64,000 nucleotides of DNA from an uncultured Chloroflexia bacterium. GTDB lineage: Bacteria; Chloroflexota; Anaerolineae; JAAYZQ01. Both the position numbers and the translations under genes were made by a program. The stretch spans positions 672,001 to 736,000 of the forward strand of contig CAVOXA010000001.1 in NCBI GenBank assembly GCA_963700285.1. The letters are read 5' to 3'. Shown piece after piece: positions 44,648 through 52,789 of this stretch. Numbering within the stretch: the first letter of the stretch is position 1; every line of letters begins with the position of its first letter. The notes beneath the pieces were generated by a model that was given only the letters and a program-made list of their open reading frames with translations, made no database searches and was not told the origin of the DNA.

Positions 44648-45982
44648 TCAGGGTCCGGGAAACTCCTGGCGCATCCACTGAATCGGGTTGACCGGCCTGT
44701 TGTGCACGCGCATCTCCCAGTGGAGATGCGGGCCAGTAGACAAGCCGGTGCTGCCCACCAGGCCCACTTGCTCGCCGCGACCGACGACTTGCCCCTCTTC
44801 AACGTCAATCTCCGAAAGGTGCCAGAAGCCGGTGAATACGCCGAGGCCGTGGTCCAGGATCACCACATTGCCCCGCACCTGTAGTGGTTCGGCCAGGGCC
44901 ACGGTACCGGTTATCGGGGCTAGAACCGGCTCCCCCGCATCGGCCCCATAGTCATGGCCGGAATGATAGCTGGTGACCGGGCCTCCTCCGTAGGATCGCC
45001 GTTGGCCAAAGGGCGCCGTGGTACGGTGCTCATCCCCCAAGGGATTGTCAAACAACCCATCCCATAGGCGTACCTTGCTTTCCTGGCCGAACACCCGGTT
45101 GAGCTTTTTTCGTTCCTTCTGGGAGACGCTTGGATCGAGCAGGCTCTGTTGATCGTCCTGAACTGGAACGTTATACCTGGAGAATTGGGCAGGTGTGATG
45201 ATGACCGTCTCCCGCAGCGTGAGCAGGTCGCCGCTGTCTGGTTCGATGATCGAGAGCTGCAGGACATAGTCGCCCGGGGCCGTCAGCGCATCCACGCCCA
45301 CCAGGGCCCACTGCCGTCCCTCCTCTTGGACGAAAACCAGATCCTCTTCCAGGAACTGGCCCCGCAAGTCCAGTTTGCCCTCTCCCTGGACCTCGATGAC
45401 CATGGTCCTGCCCGGGAGCATGGGATCGGGGTCGGTCCTGATCTCTGGAAAGGTAGGTGTATGCGCAGTGGCCGCAGCCGGCGGGGGGATGGTCAGCTCC
45501 TGCCCTGGGGAGATCAGACCCAGGCGGTTCAGTTGGTTGGCTTCCCGCAGCGCCCAGAACGTGGTTCCATAGCGGAAGGCCAGGCCGAGCAGGTTTTCGC
45601 CAGCGCGCACAGGATGTACCCGGAGGTTGACGATTTCTCCAGGGTCACCGGCCTCTGCCGGCTCAGTCTTGGGCTCGCCGGAAGGCATGATGAGCTTCTG
45701 GCCGGTGACGATGAGCGCTCTGTCGGTGAGACCGTTGGCGGCCATAATGGCCTCGACCGTCGTGTCAAACGCCAGGGCAATCTCGTAGAGCGTGTCCCCC
45801 TGTTTGACGACGTAGGTGGTGGGCTCTGGTGTCGGATCCTGAGCGAAAGCCGGTACGGTCAGAAGGGTGAACAGGAGGAGAAAGACCGGAAGAGCCAGGA
45901 ATTGGGGGTTGCGTGTTGCGTGTTTCGTGTTGCGTCTCGGATCTGACGCACCACGCAACACGCAATACCTACCACGCATCAT
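44648..45982 (-). CDS. LysM x2 + M23 metallopeptidase (start uncertain)
   Basis: Signal peptide, YVVKQGDTL LysM, HSGHDY, HLS, STGPHLHWE. Confidence 0.92.
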   Translation of the reverse strand: MMRGRYCVLRGASDPRRNTKHATRNPQFLALPVFLLLFTLLTVPAFAQDPTPEPTTYVVKQGDTLYEIALAFDTTVEAIMAANGLTDRALIVTGQKLIMPSGEPKTEPAEAGDPGEIVNLRVHPVRAGENLLGLAFRYGTTFWALREANQLNRLGLISPGQELTIPPPAAATAHTPTFPEIRTDPDPMLPGRTMVIEVQGEGKLDLRGQFLEEDLVFVQEEGRQWALVGVDALTAPGDYVLQLSIIEPDSGDLLTLRETVIITPAQFSRYNVPVQDDQQSLLDPSVSQKERKKLNRVFGQESKVRLWDGLFDNPLGDEHRTTAPFGQRRSYGGGPVTSYHSGHDYGADAGEPVLAPITGTVALAEPLQVRGNVVILDHGLGVFTGFWHLSEIDVEEGQVVGRGEQVGLVGSTGLSTGPHLHWEMRVHNRPVNPIQWMRQEFPGP

Positions 45983-46014
45983 GCCCCACATATCAAGCAT
46001 CACGCACCACGCAA
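45908..46014. repeat. Inverted heptamer repeat tracts (TTGCGTG / CACGCAA)
   Basis: gttgcgtgttgcgtgtttcgtgttgcgt...acgcaccacgcaacacgcaa...cacgcaccacgcaa. Confidence 0.8.
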
Positions 46015-46619
46015 GCCGAGTCCGCCCGGCCCGTTTCCTGGCTGGCGCCAGACGGCCGCATCGTCTTCAGACGACTGTACAGGTCGGCGCTTAGCGCGTA
46101 ATGCCACTGGTGTTTGTCGTAAGCCTGCCAGAATTCGTCCAGTCCCCGGCTGCCGGCTTGCTCGTAGCGCAGGCATTGGACCATCATCTCGATTTTGTCG
46201 GCGTCGCGTACCAGGCATCCCTCGGGGCTGGTGCTATCCTCGAAGGATTGCCACAGGGCCTCGAGGCGCCCGGCAGAGGGCAATGGCGCCAACAGGTCGG
46301 CCATGGCCGACGCTTCGGCCTCACTTTTTACCCGAGCGGGAAGGAGGCGAGCGGCCCTCAGCGGCAGGTCGGTGAGGCGCACCTCGGCCAGATCGTGCAG
46401 CAGGGCGATGGCCAGGACCTTTTCGAGATCCAGTGCATCCTCCAGATCGCCGCTGGCCTGCAGCGTGTCCGCCAATGCCAGGGCCGTGAACGCGACGCCA
46501 AAACTGTGCTCGGCCACGCTCTCCACCTGGGGCACCCCGCGCAGCAGCCAGCCACTCCGCGGCAAGCGCTTCAGGGTTGTCGATTCGAGCAATAGATCGA
46601 GCAGTCGATCATTGTCCAT
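45993..46619 (-). CDS. HD-domain hydrolase (YfbR/HDDC2-like 5'-deoxynucleotidase)
   Basis: LKRLPRSGW, ESVAEHS, LLHDLAE..TD, DADKIE. Confidence 0.9.
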   Translation of the reverse strand: MDNDRLLDLLLESTTLKRLPRSGWLLRGVPQVESVAEHSFGVAFTALALADTLQASGDLEDALDLEKVLAIALLHDLAEVRLTDLPLRAARLLPARVKSEAEASAMADLLAPLPSAGRLEALWQSFEDSTSPEGCLVRDADKIEMMVQCLRYEQAGSRGLDEFWQAYDKHQWHYALSADLYSRLKTMRPSGASQETGRADSACVVRDA

Positions 46620-47550
46620 TGCTGGACCTCAACAGCGCAAGGATGGCTGGTGTGACATCGGTGATGGCTGCGGCCGAGTCAAAGTAGCTGACGCCAGGTC
46701 CAACAGCCAGCAAGGGGACGGAATTAGTAGTGTGGCCCTTGGTGCTTGCGTCCTCCAGGTTGCCATGGTCGCTACAGATCACAAGCGTCGTGTCCGGCCT
46801 GCGATGGGCCAGAGCCCCGCCCAGGAAGGCGTCCAGGCGGGTGAGAACAAACTCGGGCTCTATCCGCCGGTGTCCGGCCAGGTCGGGCAGGAAGGTCTCA
46901 AAAAGGACCAGGTCATAGACCTCCGTCAACCTGGCCAGCCGCTTGCCGGCCTCCTCGGCAGGCACCAGGGGCAGGTCGTAGCTCAGGTGGCCGGACGCAA
47001 CCTCGTGGGTGATGTCCCACAGGACCGCCCGCCCCTCCAGCAGGTCGGCAAGATCAGGGATGGAGGCTCCGGCCGCCATAGCTGTCAGGGTGGAACTCCC
47101 CAATCTCAGCTTTCTCTCTTCGATCATCTGCCAGAACCGTTCCGAGTGGGCGTTGGCAAAAGTGACGCGCGCTCCCTGCTCAGCCGCGCGTTTGAGCAGG
47201 CTGTGCTCGGCGATAATCTCCCGCAGCGCTGCCGTGGGATGAGCCGAGATGTGGGCGCCGACCAGGGCTGGAGCATTGACGCCAGTAAAGAGCGCGGTCT
47301 GGCCTGTGGCGCTCTGAGGCAGACCCGGCACGCCCAGGCTGGCGTCAACCGGTCGGAAGGTGAGCCCTGTGTCAAGTAAGGTACTATCTCGCCAGGCAGA
47401 GCCGTTGAGCGCCAGGGGGCCACCCAGGAGGGTCTGTAGCTGCGGCATGGGCACGTAGCTCAGCGGGTTGTCGGGACCCGCCGGTGCCAGCCCGACCCCG
47501 TCGAGAAAGATGAATAGAACCTTGTGTTCCAGACCTCGGTGATTGCCCAT
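46609..47550 (-). CDS. Alkaline-phosphatase-superfamily metalloenzyme (phosphomutase-like)
   Basis: FLDGVG, PQSATGQ, DLAGH, SDHGN, HT. Confidence 0.85.
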   Translation of the reverse strand: MGNHRGLEHKVLFIFLDGVGLAPAGPDNPLSYVPMPQLQTLLGGPLALNGSAWRDSTLLDTGLTFRPVDASLGVPGLPQSATGQTALFTGVNAPALVGAHISAHPTAALREIIAEHSLLKRAAEQGARVTFANAHSERFWQMIEERKLRLGSSTLTAMAAGASIPDLADLLEGRAVLWDITHEVASGHLSYDLPLVPAEEAGKRLARLTEVYDLVLFETFLPDLAGHRRIEPEFVLTRLDAFLGGALAHRRPDTTLVICSDHGNLEDASTKGHTTNSVPLLAVGPGVSYFDSAAAITDVTPAILALLRSSNGQ

Positions 47551-47597
47551 GCCTGCGCTCTACCCGATGCCCCTGATGCCTTGGTTGCGCGTCTCTG

Positions 47598-48083
47598 TCA
47601 CAGCTTGTAGCCGATGGCGCGCAAGAACCCCTTGCGCCAGGCAATGTCCTCTTCGCCCTCGACACCGTTTGGTACAAAACCGTCCACGACCCCCAGGATT
47701 CCGCGTCCCTGGTCTGTCTCAGCGACGATGACTTGGGTCGGATTGGCGGTGGCGCAAAAGATGCGGCAGACTTCCGGGACCATTTTGAGGGCGTTCAGGA
47801 CGTTGATGGGAAAAAAGCCCTCGCCCAGGAACAGGATAAAACTGTGTCCGGCGGCAACGGCCGAAGCGTTCTGCTTGGCCAGCCCGACCATCTCTTCGTC
47901 GGTTCCGGTCCAGCGGATGAGGCATTTTCCAGAAGCCTCACAGAAGGCCAGCCCGAACTTGATGCCCGGCACGTGGGTGACCATCGCCTCGTGAATGTCC
48001 TCGACACTTTTGATAAAGTGTGTTTGGCCCAGAACAAAGTTGGTGGCTTCTGGTTTCTCAATAGGGACAATTTTCAACTCCAT
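47598..48083 (-). CDS. Adenosine-specific kinase family protein (DUF355)
   Basis: GQTHFIKSVED, FCEASG, AGHSF, CATANP, GRGILGVVDG. Confidence 0.9.
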   Translation of the reverse strand: MELKIVPIEKPEATNFVLGQTHFIKSVEDIHEAMVTHVPGIKFGLAFCEASGKCLIRWTGTDEEMVGLAKQNASAVAAGHSFILFLGEGFFPINVLNALKMVPEVCRIFCATANPTQVIVAETDQGRGILGVVDGFVPNGVEGEEDIAWRKGFLRAIGYKL

Positions 48084-48288
48084 GGCCTATCCCTCCCGGT
48101 TGAGATTCTTAAACTGGCCTATTCTATCATATTTTGCCGAAAGCTGGAATTCTCGAGCGGAGGGGGAAAGTGCTGGCCTGTGCGCTGGCGCCCCCCAGTA
48201 GAGGTCGCGCAGGGCTTTTGCTCGCAACGAGTTGGTCTCGGTCGGAGACCTTCGCCGAATCATGTGGCTTGTTGCCCTTCATGTCTGC

Positions 48289-50121
48289 TTACGGGTTACT
48301 GGCTTCTCTCCGGGCGAGCGGAAGAAGGAGTTTGTGGGGTCCGCCCGGCCCAGAGCCCAGGCTCACCTCGTCGACGTAGACAATGGTGCCGTTCACGTCC
48401 GTCTCCAGCTCGAACCTGGAGGCGAGTCGTAACCTTGCCCGCAAAGGCGGCACCCGGTGGCCCGAGGCGGTAGGCCAGATGCTGCCAGTCCCCGGCAGCG
48501 AGGCTGGGTGTCAAGACCCTAGTCTCTGACAACATCGACGCGCTGCCGGTGGATGCAGTTTCTGTAGTAATGCTGACGTTGAACACCGTCGTGGGATCTA
48601 GCGCCGCGGGTCCGGGCTGGTACCACAAGGACAGGACAGGCTCCCACGCCTCAGCCAGATCCACGGTCTGGCTAGCGCTGGCGGCTATCCCCTGGGGCAT
48701 TGAGGCCACGGATCCTGGTGGCGGGCCGCTCAGGGACAGGGCCTGGTGACCCGTATGGACCGGGTCTGTGACAGATGCGGCTGTCCCATCCTGGCGCTAC
48801 CGGTCGTCCAATTGTCCAGGCCTGCCTCAAAACCCCCGTTGGCGACGGCGTCGTCGGGCGGGCGGAGCGTCCAGGTGAAAGGTACCGTCTCCGCCAAGCC
48901 AAAGGTCAATCCATGGCGGGGATCTGGAGGTTTCCACCAGGGATGGCTGACGGTGGCTGTTTTGGGTTCCGTCCAGTGCTCGACGTCCAAGACATATCCT
49001 CCGCTCGATCCACTGGTGGTTGTGTGGCCTGTACCCAGAATCGCCACGGTTGCCCCGCTCACCGGGTTCCCGGCGTTGGCCAGCACCCGCCCGGCCAGTC
49101 TGGGACCTGCTATCCTGGTCGTGGTGTCGCCGTCCGGCCGGAATGGGCCGTAGAGGTGGGCGCCGTTGGGATAGCGCTGCCAGACCCGCGCCCGGAAGCG
49201 ATAGGTATGACCCTGCTGTCCGCTAAAGGTAGATTCTGTGGCTTTTGTCTGTTCCTGCCAGTTGTGCCATACTCCCTCAGTCTCGTCCTTCCACTGCACG
49301 TCGTACCACTTGAGCTTTTCGCTGCCTGGGGCGGGCAGGGCGTTGTCCCAACGCACGGAAAAGCTGGGAGTCTCGCTCACGGCCGGCGACGTGGCCCTCA
49401 CCTGGGGCGTCTGGGCCAGGATGGCCGAATCGAGAAAGCTGTAGTTGAGGAAGGGTAGGTCCCCTGCCTCGTGAGGGCTAATGACGCGGACAAAGACGGT
49501 CATGGCCTGTCCCTGGGCGTACACAGCCGTGCGCTGGTCGATGTCCCACGGCCCTTCGTCATGGTCGTCAGGCTCGCTCCAGACAACAGTCGATGCCTGG
49601 GGATCGATCCCGCCGGTCGGGTCCATACCCACCTGCTTGATCATGGTGCCGTGGGATGAGGGAGGCGCGGAGGTCTGAAAGATGGTCAGCATTGCGGCGT
49701 GAAAGCCATAACCCATGCCAGGGGTCAGTCCGGTGACCCGCTGCAGGATGCCAGCGGTGTAAGGCAGGGTCGATATCACGAGCTGGGAGGTATCACCCTG
49801 GATGCGTTCTACCCAGCCGCCCCCCAAGTGACTACCAGCAAAGACTCTGGTGTCCATCCACTGGGGCTCCTGGCCGTCGTACCAGAACCGCTGCCAGCCG
49901 CTGGCGACCTGGCAGTCAATGCCCTGGTACTGGGCATAGGGGGCATCATAGACCTCTACGCCTGGATTGGTCAGGAGCTGGTACTGCGGAGCGCTGGCCT
50001 GGGACACTTGCCCGGGAGTGCCGGCCGCCGATGGGATCAGGGACAGGGTCAGGAGCAACCCCAGGGCTACGACAATGCCAGCCAGGACTCGCCCTGATTT
50101 GCTTAGGTTCGGATTCTGCAT
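48289..50121 (-). CDS. Secreted multidomain protein (FN3/carboxypeptidase-regulatory-like), frameshifted
   Basis: Signal peptide; YDVQW..YRFRAR; GRVL..GNPVSGATV; continues via shifts at ~48800 and ~48400 to ...DEVSLGSGPGGPHKLLLPLARREASNP*. Confidence 0.7.
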
Positions 50122-50273
50122 GGCAACCTTTCTAGAGCCTAGTCTCTATGAGCAAATCGCCTGTCCTCGGCCAGCCGAAAGGAAGCAGTTCCCAGCCTTG
50201 ACCTGTGAGGATCGCCACCCTGGGCAGGGGGCAAGCCCGCACCTTGCTCGTCGCAATGCCAGATTCAGGGATC

Positions 50274-51053
50274 TCACCGAGGCGTGATAGTTCTCGGTTG
50301 GGCCAGGGCCAGCGCACGCAGTATCGTAGCGGCCCACAGATCGGCGCCCCGGCTGTTGAGGTGGAGGCCATCAAAGGTAAGACAAAGACGACGGCGGCGG
50401 CTGAGCTGATCCGGCAAGGTGGACCGTAAACGCCCCCGGTCTATCCACGTGAGCAACCACTCGCCAGGTACGCGCCGGGAAGGTCTGGGCAGGACGGCGT
50501 ATTCTTCTACAAATGCCTGCCATACGTCAGCCACCGGCACGCCACGGTCAGCGGCTACCTGTTTGATGGCGCCGTTGAGCCGGGCCAGCAGGCGATTGGG
50601 CGGAGAGGAGATGCGCTCGCCCAAAGGGCTTGCGGTGCAGACCAGCACCTGGGCGCCGGCTTGCTGGGCCTTGTCGACGAGGGCTCGATAGGTAGCGGTG
50701 AACTGGTCCAGGTCGGTGGTTGGCCGTTGCTTTGCCCATGCGCGCCGGTACTGGCGCCAGAGCCACCAGCCCGCGCTGTGGCTGCTCAGCCAGGGCATCC
50801 ATACGTCGTTGGCCCCCACCGCCAGGATCACCCACTGGGGCTGATACGCACGGAGCAAAGGGGCGAGCCGGGCATTGAGGGATTGGACCGTTTCAGCGGT
50901 CTGTCCGGCATTGATGGCCTGGCCGGTCAGTCCAGCCCAACCCTGGTGCAGGCTTTCAGCGACGCGATCGACATAACTTTCACCGTAGACGCCCTCGGTC
51001 AAGCTGTCGCCAGCAAAGAGGTAGACGTCCGTTGGTGATGATGGCGTGGTCAA
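50274..51053 (-). CDS. SGNH/GDSL hydrolase
   Basis: GDSLT, NAG, GAND, DGLHLN. Confidence 0.92.
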   Translation of the reverse strand: MTTPSSPTDVYLFAGDSLTEGVYGESYVDRVAESLHQGWAGLTGQAINAGQTAETVQSLNARLAPLLRAYQPQWVILAVGANDVWMPWLSSHSAGWWLWRQYRRAWAKQRPTTDLDQFTATYRALVDKAQQAGAQVLVCTASPLGERISSPPNRLLARLNGAIKQVAADRGVPVADVWQAFVEEYAVLPRPSRRVPGEWLLTWIDRGRLRSTLPDQLSRRRRLCLTFDGLHLNSRGADLWAATILRALALAQPRTITPR

Positions 51054-51114
51054 TGGCTTTTCCCTCTTGGCGAACCTCCCCCAGGTATAGTCACAACCTG
51101 CGGGCGGTTATTCT

Positions 51115-51573
51115 CTAGTCTCGCCCCAGACGGGCGACGATGGCGCCCATGGCAGCGATGGCGCCCCCGATGAGAAAGCCCCAGAACCAGGCAAAGGGGT
51201 AGGCGCTCAAGTCGGGGCGCCCGCCGCCAACCTCGGTCTCTTGCCGAGCTTTCCCGGGCGGCCAGCCCAAGCGGCGGAGCGTCAACTCGATGGTGGGCGC
51301 CACGGCGCCGGCCAGCCCGCCGGCCAGGAAGGCGTCTTCGTTGCTAAAGCCGTAGCGGCGGACGCCGACCCAGCCGATGCGGCCCCAGACCAGTCCACTA
51401 ATGGGCCCCAGGACATTCTGGACCCGGGTGGCCGTGGTGCGGCGCCAGCGCAACAGGCTGGCCAGTACGGGCAGGGTCATGATCCAGCCCAGAGCGGGGA
51501 ATACCGCCTCGCGGCTGGCCCGCCAGCGCATGAGCCAAGCCCAGGTTGGGCCTCGTTCCTGTACGTCTATCAC
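51115..51573 (-). CDS. Hypothetical membrane protein
   Basis: GTG start after AGGAGG; several hydrophobic segments. Confidence 0.6.
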   Translation of the reverse strand: MIDVQERGPTWAWLMRWRASREAVFPALGWIMTLPVLASLLRWRRTTATRVQNVLGPISGLVWGRIGWVGVRRYGFSNEDAFLAGGLAGAVAPTIELTLRRLGWPPGKARQETEVGGGRPDLSAYPFAWFWGFLIGGAIAAMGAIVARLGRD

Positions 51574-51671
51574 TGCTGTTCCTCCTGCTAGATTCTCACA
51601 AGAAACACGATATCTCACCGCAAAGGCGCCAATAACGCAAAGAAAACAAAAAGGCTTTACTATGTGACGAT

Positions 51672-52505
51672 CTAGCTTGCCAGGCGGTCCTCCAGGGCAC
51701 CCAGCCGCAGGTCGCTGGCATAGACCGGCGGTACGCCCAGCGTCCGTCCGGCAAAGCCTCCGTGGCTGTCAGAGCCGCCGGTAATCAGCAGATCACGGCT
51801 GCGGCAGTAGTCCAGAAAGCGCCGTGTAGCGCTATCATCGTGGCAGGTAGCGAAACACTCTAGCCCCTGGAGGCCCATGTCCACCAGTTCGTCCAGCCGC
51901 GCGTGGTCCAGGCCATTGTAAAAGGCCACGCCAGGATGGGCCAGAATCACCGTGCCTCCCGCTCTCCGGGCCACGGCGATGACCTCCTCTGGCGGCGGAA
52001 AGCTGGCCTGCGGGTGGGCCAGATCGCCGGTGAACAGCCGGTCAAAGTAGTCGTGTACATCCTGGCAGAGCCCGTGGTCGATGAGAAAGTTAAGGGCCTT
52101 CCAGCCGCCTCGCTGTCGGTCCCAGGTATAGTCCGCGTACTCGTCCAGGGAGATGGGATAGCCGGCGCCGGCCAGCAGGCCGACGGCCTCGTCGCTAGCG
52201 CCGATGAGCCGGGCCTCGCTGGCCCGGGCAAGGGCGTTCAGGGCTGTGTCCTCGGGGTCGATACCGTAACCAAGCAGGTGGTAGGCCTGGCCATTGAGCC
52301 GCGCCGACAATTCCACGCCAGGCAGGAATCGCAAACCGGTCTCCCGGGCCAGCTCCGCGGTGCGGGCCAGACTGCCCAGCGAGTCGTGGTCCGTGACGGC
52401 AAACAGGCCGATGCCGGATTGCTGCAACTCGGTGATGAGTCGCTCCGGCGGCCAGCGGCCGTCGGATGCGGTGGTATGCAGATGTAGGTCTGCGCGAAGA
52501 TCCAT
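51672..52505 (-). CDS. PHP-domain phosphoesterase (TrpH/YciV-like)
   Basis: DLHLHTTASDG, TDHD, GVELS, LAHP, TGGSDSHG. Confidence 0.92.
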   Translation of the reverse strand: MDLRADLHLHTTASDGRWPPERLITELQQSGIGLFAVTDHDSLGSLARTAELARETGLRFLPGVELSARLNGQAYHLLGYGIDPEDTALNALARASEARLIGASDEAVGLLAGAGYPISLDEYADYTWDRQRGGWKALNFLIDHGLCQDVHDYFDRLFTGDLAHPQASFPPPEEVIAVARRAGGTVILAHPGVAFYNGLDHARLDELVDMGLQGLECFATCHDDSATRRFLDYCRSRDLLITGGSDSHGGFAGRTLGVPPVYASDLRLGALEDRLAS

Positions 52506-52630
52506 GCGTTTGGCTATCCTCCGGCGGTCATTGTAGCATAGTTTGGAGATTTTGGCACAAGCTGGGGATGGGCGGACGTGCGACGAAGAATGGCTTAGGA
52601 CAGTCTTTGACGTGGTAGCGCGAGTCTCCG

Positions 52631-52659
52631 TGGACATTCGCGGGGTTATGAGCTATAAT
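52631..52659 (+). promoter_or_regulatory. sigma70-type promoter
   Basis: TGGACA-17bp-TATAAT. Confidence 0.55.
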
Positions 52660-52789
52660 AGAGGCGCAGAACGGATTTTCGAGCTACTGACCAGAGATGG
52701 AGACAGGGTAGTGTCCTCCGATGAAGGACATCAGAGCCAGGATCTTTCTGATGTGCCCCAGGATGGGCTCGTCATCCTCGAAGACAGAA

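Noticed and set aside
50165-50200. SRP RNA-like motif CCGAAAGGAAGCAG
   Set aside because: Lacks the CAGG-UCC symmetric loop pairing and a supporting long helix
52669-52682. LexA-like box GAAC-N4-TTTC
   Set aside because: One mismatch and upstream of a glycoside hydrolase; no comparable box seen at the SRAP or xpb promoters
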